Below, in pieces: positions 10,201 to 19,898 of a stretch of DNA of 64,000 nucleotides (position 1 is the first letter of the stretch; each line of letters begins with the position of its first letter). Below the pieces are notes generated by a model. It saw only the letters and a list, made by a program, of their open reading frames with translations. It had not been told where the DNA came from and made no database searches. Made by a program: the position numbers and the translations under genes. The stretch covers positions 14,243 through 78,242 of the forward strand of contig DATKSB010000080.1 of the NCBI GenBank assembly GCA_035531855.1, read 5' to 3'. The stretch comes from Candidatus Binataceae bacterium (GTDB taxonomy: Bacteria; Desulfobacterota; Binatia; Binatales; Binataceae).

Positions 10201-12019
10201 CGCGCTCATCGCGGCGTTCGATCATCGGCATATCTTTATCGATCCCACGCCCGATCCCGCCGTGAGCTTTGACGAACGCCGGCGGCTCTACGAGCTGCCG
10301 CGCTCGGCGTGGACGGATTACAATCCCGCGCTCATCAGCAAGGGAGGCGGCGTATGGCGCCGCGGACAGAAGCGGATCGAACTGAGCCCGCAAGCGCGCG
10401 GCGCGCTCGCTATCGAAGAGGACGCGCTCGACGGCGAGAGCCTTGTGCGAGCAATCCTGCGCGCGCCCGTGGACATGCTTTACAACGGCGGGATCGGCAC
10501 CTATGTGCGTGCAACCGACGAGACCGATGAACAGGTCGGCGACCACGCCAACGACGGATGCCGGATCACAGGCGCCGAGTTGCGCGCGAAAATCGCAGTC
10601 GAGGGCGGCAACCTGGGCTTCACGCAGAAGGCGCGCATCGAGTTCGCGCTCGCCGGCGGACGCATCAACACCGACGCGATCGATAATTCCGCCGGCGTGG
10701 ATACCTCCGACCACGAAGTGAATATCAAGATTCTGCTCGACCCCGAGGTCGCGCGCGGCGCTCTGACCTTCGACGAGCGCAACCGTACTCTGGCCGGTCT
10801 CGCCGACGACGTTGCGCAAAGCGTCCTGCGCGATAATCGCGACCAGGCGCTGCTGCTCTCGCTCGAACAAATTCGCAGCCGCACCCGCGTCGATGCGTTC
10901 CGCGAGCACATGCAGGCGATCGAGGAACGCGGCCTCTTGAGCCGTCACGAGGAAACGCTGCCCACGCGCGAGGCGCTGCGCGAACGGCGCGCACGCTTCG
11001 CCGGCCTGGTCCGTCCGGAACTTGCGCTTATCACGGCGTTCACCAAAATCGATCTGGTGCTGCGGCTCGAAGACGCGACCTTGACCGCGGACCCGCACCT
11101 GGTCGATCGCTACCTCGTCCCTTACTTTCCCTCCTCGATCGCGCAGCGCTTCGCCGCGTCGATTCCGACCCATCGGCTGCGCCGCGAGCTTATCGCCACG
11201 CGGCTGGTTAACGAGATGGTGGATTTGATGGGCTCAACCTTCGTGTTCGGAATCGTTCGCGATCATGGCGTGAGCGCGGAAGCCGCGGTCCACGCGTGGC
11301 TAATCGCGTCCGAGGTGCTCGCGGTCGCGCCGCGTGCGGAGCAAATTCGCGCGATCACGGCCGCCGCCACCGCGGAGGCGGAAACCGGCGCGTTTTTCGC
11401 GCTCGAAAAAGCCGCAAGCGCCGCCGCGGCGTGGGCGCTCAGAAATTTTGCGCCGGATGCGGCGCTGGACGGCGCGGTCCGGCGCTTCCGTCCGGCGTTC
11501 GAGAGCCTGAGCTCGAATTTTGAAGAATTTCTTCAGGCCGGTGAGCGCGAGCGTTTCGAGAAAATCTATCGCGATCTACGCGCCACGGTGGCTGACGGTG
11601 AACTTGCGCATGACCTGGCGCGCCTCGCCTTCGCCGATCATTTGCTGAACGTGCTGAGCGTCGCGCTCGCGCGCGAGCTGCCGGCTGAGCGAGTGGCCGA
11701 GGCGTACTTTGGCGTGAGCACTCATCTGGATTTCTCGCGCCTGGAAGCTACTGTGGTCAATTTCGATGACGAGGATCATTGGCGCCGGCGCGCCGCGCAG
11801 GAATTGGCGGTAGAGTTGCGCGAGGGCCGTTTGCAACTGACCACTCTCGCGCTGGAAGCGGGAGGAGCGGCGGCCGCAATCGAGCGTCTTGGCAGCACCC
11901 ATCCGCGCGAGTTTGCGGACCTTGAACGTCTGCTGGCCGAGATCGCAACCATGCAGACGATCTCGCTGCCAGCGGTTCATGTCGCCGCGCGCGCAATTGC
12001 CCGCGTCGCGAAGGATTAA
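7271..12019 (+). CDS. NAD-specific glutamate dehydrogenase, large (about 1580 aa) bacterial GDH family
   Basis: 1582-aa ORF. Central catalytic region [40 protein letters not shown] is characteristic of the Bac_GDH (180-kDa class) family. Confidence 0.9.
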   Translation: [1582 protein letters not shown]

Positions 12020-12026
12020 AAGCTGC

Positions 12027-13010
12027 TCAGGCCGTGGCGCCGCTCAGCGGAACGGTGGCCTGAAGCGTAGCGCTCGAATTTGGCTGATCGCCGGTGCCCG
12101 CGCGCGCGATCGCAATCAGGTCCTGGTACATCCGAACCCCCGCCGCGATGAAAAACGCGGAGGTCGCAAGGCTGATGCTCAGCCACATCAGGTTCAGAAG
12201 AATCACGATCGTCGAGACCACCCCGGTCAACTGCGCGACCGGTCCCAGCAGTAAGCTCACTTCATAGAATGCGACCACGGCCCAGGAATTATAACCGGAC
12301 CATACTGCCAGAAAGACCACGACCCGCGATGCGACCGTAAAAAAACGCTTGCGCATCAGATCGCGGCTGAACAATAGCGAATGAAAACTACGCTCGCCGT
12401 CGAACACCAGCGCGTACTCGGCGAAATACAGCCACAGGTAAACGATCCCAGCGCCGACCAGCAGCGCCATCCGCGCCACAAAAATGAACACCGACAAGAC
12501 CGCGTAGTCGGTCCCCAGACTGAGCTCGAGCACCAATATGGCCGCGCCCGGCGCCAGCAACTGCAGGATCGCGATCCACAAGTACGCGAGCGCGAGCCGT
12601 CCGGCGCTCGCGTAAACCGCGATCGTCTCTCCGATTATCCCCGAAGCGCGTTCGCCGGTTTGAATCCGCTTCAGCTCGACCAGCACCACCAGCCCCGCCA
12701 CCAGCGAGATCAGCGCGCCCATCCCGCGCATCGCGTAAATCAGCCATTCGGGATACGGGGCGGGCGCGGCGGAAGCGTTGGTGGGAGGATGATATGGCTC
12801 CTGCGCGAGGAAGTAGCCGACCGTCGTCCCTCCCCCTCCGCTCGAGCTCGCGAAATGATGCTGCAGGTTCAGCGCCTCGGGCAGCAGGCACATCGAGGCG
12901 AGCACGATCAGCGGCGCAAGCACGACGGCAAGATTTATCCAATTGCCGCGCAGGTCGTTTACCGCGTTGGCCAGATATATGAAGCCGCTCTTGATTCGCT
13001 GCTGCGCCAT
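12027..13010 (-). CDS. Polytopic membrane protein of unknown function
   Basis: Start MAQQRIKSGFIYL; at least 6 predicted TM helices. Confidence 0.5.
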   Translation of the reverse strand: MAQQRIKSGFIYLANAVNDLRGNWINLAVVLAPLIVLASMCLLPEALNLQHHFASSSGGGGTTVGYFLAQEPYHPPTNASAAPAPYPEWLIYAMRGMGALISLVAGLVVLVELKRIQTGERASGIIGETIAVYASAGRLALAYLWIAILQLLAPGAAILVLELSLGTDYAVLSVFIFVARMALLVGAGIVYLWLYFAEYALVFDGERSFHSLLFSRDLMRKRFFTVASRVVVFLAVWSGYNSWAVVAFYEVSLLLGPVAQLTGVVSTIVILLNLMWLSISLATSAFFIAAGVRMYQDLIAIARAGTGDQPNSSATLQATVPLSGATA

Positions 13011-13177
13011 CGTGCGTAAGAATTTGTCATCGCTTTGAGGCCGAAACAAGTACGCCTCGAAACGCGCAGTTGCAGTGCTGCCACACGAACTCAAACGATT
13101 GCCCGAAGCGGTGCGTTCCGGCTACGGTTGAGGAAGATCGCACGCATCTCGCGCGGCGATTTTTACGGAGCATCCCA

Positions 13178-13429
13178 ATGCCCGATGACAATCGCAAAGC
13201 CGCGCTCGAGCTCGAAGACAAAATGCTTCGCCGTCTGCGCTTTCTGGTCGATCTGACCTTCGCCACGCTGGTGCAGGATCAGGACCTGACTCTCGAAGAT
13301 GCCTGGCAGCACGTGATCGCGCTCAAAGGCGCGGCGGTCGCGATGTTCCCCGGCAAGGAAGAGACCTTCGATTTGATTTATCTTCCGCGCTTCTCGCGCC
13401 TGCTGGCAGAGCGCTTCCGCGCAAACTGA
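13178..13429 (+). CDS. Hypothetical protein (83 aa)
   Basis: Start MPDDNRKAALELEDK with an upstream ACGGAG SD-like sequence; sits immediately upstream of nagA. Confidence 0.35.
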   Translation: MPDDNRKAALELEDKMLRRLRFLVDLTFATLVQDQDLTLEDAWQHVIALKGAAVAMFPGKEETFDLIYLPRFSRLLAERFRAN

Positions 13430-13449
13430 TCGTCCAGCCACTCGCAGTC

Positions 13450-14583
13450 ATGGCGATGATGAAAACTCTCAGCGGCGAGATCGCACGCACCGATGGCTCG
13501 CTCACTCGCGGACAGATCACATTCGCGGAGAAGATCGTCGAGGTTCATGAGGGCCCGGCCGCCGGCAACGACTACATTCTGCCCGGTTTCATCGACTTGC
13601 AGGTCAATGGCTCGCACGGAATCGATGTGATGTCCGCCGACTCGCCTGCGCTGCGCGCTCTGGGCCAGAAGCTCGCGTGCGAGGGAACTACATCGTGGCT
13701 GCCGACGGCGGTGACCGCGCCGCTGGAGCGAATCGAGCGCGCACACGCGGCTATCGCCAGCGCGATCGCCGCGGCAGAAGCGGATCTCGCCGCCGGGCAA
13801 GATAGCGCCGCGATTCTCGGGATGCACCTGGAAGGCCCGTTCATTTCCGCACGCCGGCTCGGCGCGCATCCCGCTCTGAATCTCGAACCGCACGGTGATG
13901 AATTCGAACGCGCGTTCGCGATGCGCGCGTTGCGGCTGGTCACGCTCGCACCCGAACTGCCGGGTGCGCTCGACGCGATCCGCCGCCTGGTCGCGCGTGG
14001 TGTTGCCGTATCGATCGGGCACACCGACGCGACGCTCGAGGAAGCGCGCGCCGCAATCGCCGCGGGCGCGCGGATGTTCACGCATCTTTATAATGCGATG
14101 CGCCCGCTCGGTCATCGCGATCCCGGGGTAATTGCCGCGGCGCTCGCGAAGTCGGAGGCGCGCCCTGCCATCATTCCCGACGGCGTACACGTGCATGCCG
14201 AGATGCTGCGCCTGGCGTACGTCGCGCGCGGCATGAAAGGACTCATCATCACCTCCGACAAGGTTGCGCTCGCGGGCACGGAGCAAGATGCGGCGCTCGA
14301 GGTTGGGCGTGCGCGCGCGAAAATCGATCGCGGCGCCGCGCGTTTGGCTGACGGCACTCTGGCCGGAAGCATCATCAGCATGCTCGACGGTGTCCGCCTG
14401 ATGGTGCGTGATCTCGGCGTGCCGGTCGCGGAGGCCGCGGTGATGGCCGCGACCAATCCTGCCGCGGTGGGTGGATTCAAGGATCGCGGCCGGCTCGACC
14501 CCGGAACCCGCGCGGATTTGATCGTGCTCAGCCGGGCGCTAGAGTTGAAGGCGGTGTTTATCGCGGGTCGCGAACTCCGCTGA
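13450..14583 (+). CDS. nagA: N-acetylglucosamine-6-phosphate deacetylase
   Basis: Amidohydrolase motifs FIDLQVNGSHGIDVM, LEGPFIS, SIGHTDAT, THLYNAM, all typical of NagA. Confidence 0.85.
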   Translation: MAMMKTLSGEIARTDGSLTRGQITFAEKIVEVHEGPAAGNDYILPGFIDLQVNGSHGIDVMSADSPALRALGQKLACEGTTSWLPTAVTAPLERIERAHAAIASAIAAAEADLAAGQDSAAILGMHLEGPFISARRLGAHPALNLEPHGDEFERAFAMRALRLVTLAPELPGALDAIRRLVARGVAVSIGHTDATLEEARAAIAAGARMFTHLYNAMRPLGHRDPGVIAAALAKSEARPAIIPDGVHVHAEMLRLAYVARGMKGLIITSDKVALAGTEQDAALEVGRARAKIDRGAARLADGTLAGSIISMLDGVRLMVRDLGVPVAEAAVMAATNPAAVGGFKDRGRLDPGTRADLIVLSRALELKAVFIAGRELR

Positions 14584-14636
14584 AGCATCGCTGCACGAAA
14601 GTGCGGCAACCTTCTTTCACGAAACGGGAGCATCCG

Positions 14637-15488
14637 ATGCCTCTGAACAAGGCCTGTGTGGGCCGCCAGTATCCGCCGATCGTGAGCGACGTCACCGCCG
14701 ATGCGATTGGCGCATACGCCTGCGCTTACAATGAAGACAACCCGGCGTTTTTCGACGCGAGCCGTTCCGGGGGAATCGTTGCGCCGCCGATGTTCGGCGT
14801 CGTGGTCACCTGGAACTCGGTGATGGGCGCGGTGACGGATTCTGAAGTCGGCGCCGATCTCCTGCGCCTGGTACACGGCGATCAGGACATGCAGTTTCTT
14901 GCGCCGATTCGGCCCGGCGACAAAATCACCTCGCACGCGAAAATTATTTCCATCGAGACCAAGCCCAGCGGCGAAACGATGGCGGTCGAGCTCAGCGCCG
15001 AAAATCAGAAGGGCGATCCGGTTCAGCGGATCGTGTTCGGCGTCTTCATTCGCGGCGGCGGCCACCGCGCAGCGCTGGCGCAAGCGCGCGCAGCCGAGGT
15101 CGAGCGCGGAGAACCGCTGTTCAGCGTGGCGCAAAAGATCGACCCCGATCAAACCGTTCGGTACGCGGCGGCCTCGGGCGATCACAACCCGATTCACGTT
15201 GACGAAAATATCGCGCGGATGGCAGGGTTGCCGGGAATTATCGTGCACGGCCTGTGCACGATGGCATTCACCTCGAAGGTCGCGATCGACAGATTGTGCG
15301 GCGGCAAACCCGAACGGCTGAGACGCCTCGCGGTCCGCTTCTCGCGCCCGGTGCGTCCGGGCGAAACCATTACGACCAAAGTCTGGCGCGACGGCGAGCA
15401 CGCAGGCTGCGCAAGGTTCGCGTTTGAGACCTTCAATGCCAACAATCAGGCTGTCATCAAGGGCGGTATCGCCGAAGTCGGGGCCTGA
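14637..15488 (+). CDS. MaoC-like dehydratase with two hot-dog domains
   Basis: N-terminal hot-dog-like half followed by a C-terminal MaoC dehydratase domain (GDHNPIHVDENIARMAGLPGIIVHGL). Confidence 0.75.
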   Translation: MPLNKACVGRQYPPIVSDVTADAIGAYACAYNEDNPAFFDASRSGGIVAPPMFGVVVTWNSVMGAVTDSEVGADLLRLVHGDQDMQFLAPIRPGDKITSHAKIISIETKPSGETMAVELSAENQKGDPVQRIVFGVFIRGGGHRAALAQARAAEVERGEPLFSVAQKIDPDQTVRYAAASGDHNPIHVDENIARMAGLPGIIVHGLCTMAFTSKVAIDRLCGGKPERLRRLAVRFSRPVRPGETITTKVWRDGEHAGCARFAFETFNANNQAVIKGGIAEVGA

Positions 15489-15515
15489 TACGCCGCGCGC
15501 GTTACGGCCATCACC

Positions 15516-16775
15516 GTGAAAATCACTCTTGGCCTGTCGCTTTCTCTCAGCGGAAAATACGCCGCGATGGGCCGGCAGGCGGAAGCCGCGCTGCGCCTGT
15601 TCGTTGCCGATACCAACGCTGGCGGCGGCGTACGGCTAAGCGGTGATCACGCGGAAATCGCGCTGGACTGTATCGACGATCAGAGCAACCCCACGCGATG
15701 CGCCGAAATTTATCGTACGCTGGCCGCGGGAAACCGCGCTGAACTTCTGCTTGGTCCGTACTCGAGCAACCTTGCCGCAGTGGCGGCACCGATCGCGGAA
15801 GCCAATGGACACGTGTTTATCAATCATGGCGGCGCCGCCGACTCGCTCTACCAAAGCGGATACAAAATGATCGTGGGCGTGGCTGCTCCCGCAAGCGATT
15901 ATCTGACCGGCTTCGTGCAACTTCTCACGTCTCTGAAATTCTGGCGCAAGCGAATGGCGATAGTCACTACCGGCTCGCCTTTTTCACGCGCGGTCACCGG
16001 CGGAATCGAAACCGCTGCGAAAGATCGCATTGCGCGGCGGCGCGGAGTTCGCGTGCGGGTGAAGTGGAACGGCAGATTCGACTCGTATCGCACGCCCGAT
16101 GCGCTGTTTCCCGCGCTGCGCCGAAATCGCGTCAACGTACTGGTCAGTGCGGGCAGCTACGAACACGACCTGGCAGTGATGCGCGCGGTCACGGCGGACC
16201 CACGCCTCAACATCCCTGTGCTCGCGTGCGTCGCCGCCGGAGTTGCGCGCTTTCGCGATGATCTTGGAGAGAATGCCGAAGGAATCGTCGGTCCAAGTCA
16301 TTGGGAGGCCGACTCCAAAGTCACTCCGAGCCTGGGGCCCGCGCCGCGTGAGTTCGCAACGCGGATTTACCGCGCTGCCGGAATCGCGCACCCCGACTAC
16401 ACCGCCGCGCAGGCGTATGCAGCCGCGATGCTTGCTGGCGCGGCGCTGGAAGCCGCGGGATCGCTCGATCAAAACCGGATTCGCGCGGCGTTCTCGGACT
16501 TGCGTGCGACCACTTTGCTCGGCGACTTTGCGATCAATCCGCCTACCGGTCGGCAGATCGGGCATCGTCCACTTTTGGTGCAATGGCATGGCGGAAGCAA
16601 AGTCATTATCGAGCTGGAGGCGGGCGACGATACCGGCTCGCTCGAAATACCGGCCGGATGGCGGCTGATCGCGGCGGGAATCGAGATGCTGAAATTAAAT
16701 CGCGGCCCTGACGACGAGCCCGAACAGATATCTGGAGACGAACGGGGGCAGATCGATGAGCGCGAAAAAGACTAG
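15516..16775 (+). CDS. Periplasmic-binding-protein type I fold protein (Leu/Ile/Val-binding / AmiC-like) with no signal peptide
   Basis: Begins directly in the ligand-binding domain (KITLGLSLSLSGKYAAMG). No hydrophobic leader. Highly acidic C-terminal tail. Overlaps the next gene by 20 nt. Confidence 0.6.
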   Translation: MKITLGLSLSLSGKYAAMGRQAEAALRLFVADTNAGGGVRLSGDHAEIALDCIDDQSNPTRCAEIYRTLAAGNRAELLLGPYSSNLAAVAAPIAEANGHVFINHGGAADSLYQSGYKMIVGVAAPASDYLTGFVQLLTSLKFWRKRMAIVTTGSPFSRAVTGGIETAAKDRIARRRGVRVRVKWNGRFDSYRTPDALFPALRRNRVNVLVSAGSYEHDLAVMRAVTADPRLNIPVLACVAAGVARFRDDLGENAEGIVGPSHWEADSKVTPSLGPAPREFATRIYRAAGIAHPDYTAAQAYAAAMLAGAALEAAGSLDQNRIRAAFSDLRATTLLGDFAINPPTGRQIGHRPLLVQWHGGSKVIIELEAGDDTGSLEIPAGWRLIAAGIEMLKLNRGPDDEPEQISGDERGQIDEREKD

Positions 16776-17961
16776 GCGTGATCCCGGCGGAGTTCTGGCG
16801 ATCGGCCTGATGTCCGGGACCTCGCATGACGGCGTGAGCGCCGCGATTGTGAATATAGATGAGCGCCGGCGGCCACCCGCGCGCGCGATCCGTTTTCGCA
16901 CCTATCCCTACTCGGCAAAGTTCCGCGCGCGGTTGCTGCGAGCAACCGCGGGAGAACCGGTAGGTTCGGGAGAATTATCCACGCTCAACTTCGAGCTCGG
17001 CAGCGCATTCGGCCACGCCGCGATCTCCGTGGCGCGCGAAGCGCGAATCGCACTTTCGCAAATCGATTTTATCGGTTCGCACGGCCATACGTTTTTTCAT
17101 CGGCCACCGCGAGTCGCAGGACGCGGAGCGACCGCCTCGACGCTGCAGCTCGGCGAGTCCGCGGTGATCGCCGCGATGACGAATCTTCCGGTCGTCGCGG
17201 ACTTTCGTCCGATGGACATCGCGCTCGGCGGTGAGGGCGCTCCGCTCGCACCGCTGGCACATCTGTGGCTCTTCGCTGACGCCCGGCATGGCCGGGTGAT
17301 CCAGAATATCGGCGGAATCGGCAACGCGACCTATCTTCCCGCGCGCGTGCGGCTGGGAAATCCTGATCTGATCGCGTTCGATACCGGACCCGGAGTCGGC
17401 CTGATCGATGCGCTGATGAGTCAGATGACCGGCGGGAAAATGCGGATGGATCGCGGTGGAAAAATCGCGGCGCGGGGGCGGGTCAGCGACCCGATGCTGA
17501 CGGCGCTGTTGCGGCGTCCTTTCTTTCGCCGCCGTCCGCCGAAATCGACCGGACGCGAAGAATTCGGGCTGCCATTTCTCGCGGAGATCCGGCGCATCGC
17601 GAAACCGCTCGCCGTGCGCGGCGATGATTTGCTCGCGACGGTCACTGCTCTCACCGCCCGATCGATCGCCGAATCGTTCCGCCGCTTTATCGCACCGCGC
17701 GGCCGCGTTGATCAGCTCATCGCAACGGGAGGCGGTGCTAACAATCCCACGTTGATCAAGATGGTCGCGCAAGAAATGCCGGCGCTCGAAGTGACGACGG
17801 CGGCAAAGGTAGGAGTGGACGGCGATTCGCTCGAGGCGGTGGCATTCGCGATTCTCGGCTACCAGATGCTGCGCGGGCGGCAGGGAAATATCCCGAGCGT
17901 GACGGGTGCGCGCGCACCGGCGATTCTCGGCAAGCTGACGCCCCCGCCGCGGGTGTCGTGA
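16756..17961 (+). CDS. anmK: Anhydro-N-acetylmuramic acid kinase
   Basis: GLMSGTSHDGVSAAIV N-terminal motif and the full ASKHA fold length. Confidence 0.8.
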   Translation: MSAKKTRRDPGGVLAIGLMSGTSHDGVSAAIVNIDERRRPPARAIRFRTYPYSAKFRARLLRATAGEPVGSGELSTLNFELGSAFGHAAISVAREARIALSQIDFIGSHGHTFFHRPPRVAGRGATASTLQLGESAVIAAMTNLPVVADFRPMDIALGGEGAPLAPLAHLWLFADARHGRVIQNIGGIGNATYLPARVRLGNPDLIAFDTGPGVGLIDALMSQMTGGKMRMDRGGKIAARGRVSDPMLTALLRRPFFRRRPPKSTGREEFGLPFLAEIRRIAKPLAVRGDDLLATVTALTARSIAESFRRFIAPRGRVDQLIATGGGANNPTLIKMVAQEMPALEVTTAAKVGVDGDSLEAVAFAILGYQMLRGRQGNIPSVTGARAPAILGKLTPPPRVS

Positions 17962-17976
17962 GAGAAGGGGATCGCG

Positions 17977-18471
17977 ATGGCCGCTCGACGGATGATCACG
18001 CTGCGCGACGAAACCTGGATGTTTCAATATCGTGTCGCGGCGATCGCGCTTCGCGACGGCCGCGTCCTGCTCTGTCGCGACAACGTGAACGGCTATTGGT
18101 ACATGCCCGGCGGCCGGGTCGAACTTGCCGAGTCGTCCGAAACGTCGCTCGCGCGCGAGATGAACGAAGAGCTGAAGGCCGCGGTACAAATCGAACGGCT
18201 CGTGTGGGTAGTTGAGAATTTCTGGGGTCCGACTTCTGATCATGTGCACGAGATTTGCCTCTACTACCTGGTCTCGTTTCCCGAAAGCGCGATCCCATCG
18301 ACCACGGAGGAATTCACGCTCGAGGAATCCGACGGGCAGAAAAACACTTTTCGGTGGTGGCCGTTCGACGAGCTGGTTAGTGCGCGACTCTATCCTTCGT
18401 TCCTGCGCAGCGCGCTCAGCGACCTGCCGATTAGTGTGCAGCACATCATTCATCGAGACGCGGACGGTTAG
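17977..18471 (+). CDS. NUDIX hydrolase
   Basis: Nudix box GGRVELAESSETSLAREMNEELKA. Confidence 0.8.
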   Translation: MAARRMITLRDETWMFQYRVAAIALRDGRVLLCRDNVNGYWYMPGGRVELAESSETSLAREMNEELKAAVQIERLVWVVENFWGPTSDHVHEICLYYLVSFPESAIPSTTEEFTLEESDGQKNTFRWWPFDELVSARLYPSFLRSALSDLPISVQHIIHRDADG

Positions 18472-18510
18472 GCGCCGGCTTCGCCAACTTCGCGGCAATG
18501 CGCGCGGCCC

Positions 18511-19794
18511 TCAGAAACTTCGCTTGTCTTCTGGCGGAGCGATGCCGGCCTCTTTCGCGGACTCGAGCGCGGTCGAATGGAAAATTCCGTGCGCCATCGT
18601 CGAGGTCTCCGCATCCGCGCGCGCCTGGTAGATCTTCGAGCGCGCGGCGTGCGCCGATTTGTCTTCGGGCGCGGCGCCGACGGCCCAATCCGCCAGATGC
18701 GCCGCAAGCGCCAGATCGCCCGCGCCCAGCTTCTCGAGCGCGCGCGCGACAACCTTGTCCGCGCCGCCCGCAAGCGATGCGATCTCCTGCGCGCGCGCAG
18801 CCTCGGTCGCGGGCTTAAGATGCGACGGCGTGCCGTCGTACCATCCGCCTTCGAGCCGCCAGATATTGCGCACGATAAATTCCGGATCGTCATAGACCGG
18901 CTGTAGATAAGGCTTGTCGGCCAGATTCGCCGGAGGCTTGACCGAATGAATCACCTCGTCGAGCGACGCGCCCGCATTCATCATCGCGATTGCCTGATCG
19001 TAAAGACTCTGCAGAAATTCCGCGGTGTCGTTCAGCACGCGGCGAACGCGAAGCGCGCCGAAAACCGGGTAACCGTGGCCCGGCAGCAGAACTTCCGCTC
19101 CAAGCTTCGCCATCGTGCGCAGCGCCTCAGCCCATTCGCGCGCATAGCGCTGAGCCTTCTGTGGATTGCCGGCGTTGGGCGCGGCCCAGATAATCAGATC
19201 GCCGGTGCACAGCACCTTGCGCTGCGAAATAAACACCCAGCAGTGATCGTCGGTCTCGCCGCGCGCATGGTGGCAATCGAACTTGTGCTCGCCTGCGACC
19301 ACATTCAACTGATTATCGAAGTAGGTATCCGGATAGACATACTCAGTTGGGAATGAGGAAGGGCGGCTGAACTGCCGCGTATTGATGACGTTGTTGTAGC
19401 CCTGGGTACGCTTATAGCGGTCGAACCGCGCCGAAACGCCTTTTTGTCCGACGATTCGCGGACGCGCCAGGTTGCGGCTGCGCGCTTCTTCCATAATCAC
19501 GGGCGTGCCGCACGCATGATCGACGTGGCCGTGGGTGTAAATCGCGGTGTTGACGCGGTCGGGCGAAAATTTGCGCAGAAGCTCGAGCGTCGCCTGCTGA
19601 TTGAAGTACGCGCCGGTGTCGATCAGCACCAGCCCCTCGCCGGTCTTCGCCGCCGTGACGTTCGCGAACCATCGGTAGAACATCACGCCGTCGGCGACTT
19701 CCTCGTACTCTCCGGTCGGCATCAGCGGATGAAATTGGCGGGTCGTGATCTCGCCGTTGAACATTTTTTCGGACTGATCTCTTATTGCGCCCAT
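18511..19794 (-). CDS. MBL-fold metallo-hydrolase, alkyl/aryl-sulfatase-like (MBL + dimerisation domains, no SCP2 domain)
   Basis: Start MGAIRDQSEKMF. YTHGHVDHACG metal-binding motif. Overall similarity to the SdsA1/BDS1 N-terminal part. Confidence 0.6.
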   Translation of the reverse strand: MGAIRDQSEKMFNGEITTRQFHPLMPTGEYEEVADGVMFYRWFANVTAAKTGEGLVLIDTGAYFNQQATLELLRKFSPDRVNTAIYTHGHVDHACGTPVIMEEARSRNLARPRIVGQKGVSARFDRYKRTQGYNNVINTRQFSRPSSFPTEYVYPDTYFDNQLNVVAGEHKFDCHHARGETDDHCWVFISQRKVLCTGDLIIWAAPNAGNPQKAQRYAREWAEALRTMAKLGAEVLLPGHGYPVFGALRVRRVLNDTAEFLQSLYDQAIAMMNAGASLDEVIHSVKPPANLADKPYLQPVYDDPEFIVRNIWRLEGGWYDGTPSHLKPATEAARAQEIASLAGGADKVVARALEKLGAGDLALAAHLADWAVGAAPEDKSAHAARSKIYQARADAETSTMAHGIFHSTALESAKEAGIAPPEDKRSF

Positions 19795-19898
19795 CGTGTT
19801 GTTTCCCACTCCCGCATTTCGGCGCGGATTATCCGCCGCATCCGCTCGATCGCGCAACCGGCGGGTTCGCAACGAGCCGCGGGCGGCACAAGCGCGGG

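Noticed and set aside
9173-11173. 666-aa minus-strand ORF antisense to the NAD-GDH gene
   Set aside because: Arg/Ala-rich low-complexity translation typical of antisense frames in high-GC DNA. It is fully embedded in a well-supported gene.
16975-18498. 507-aa minus-strand ORF spanning anmK and the NUDIX gene
   Set aside because: Antisense to two recognisable genes; the composition is R/H/D-rich junk.
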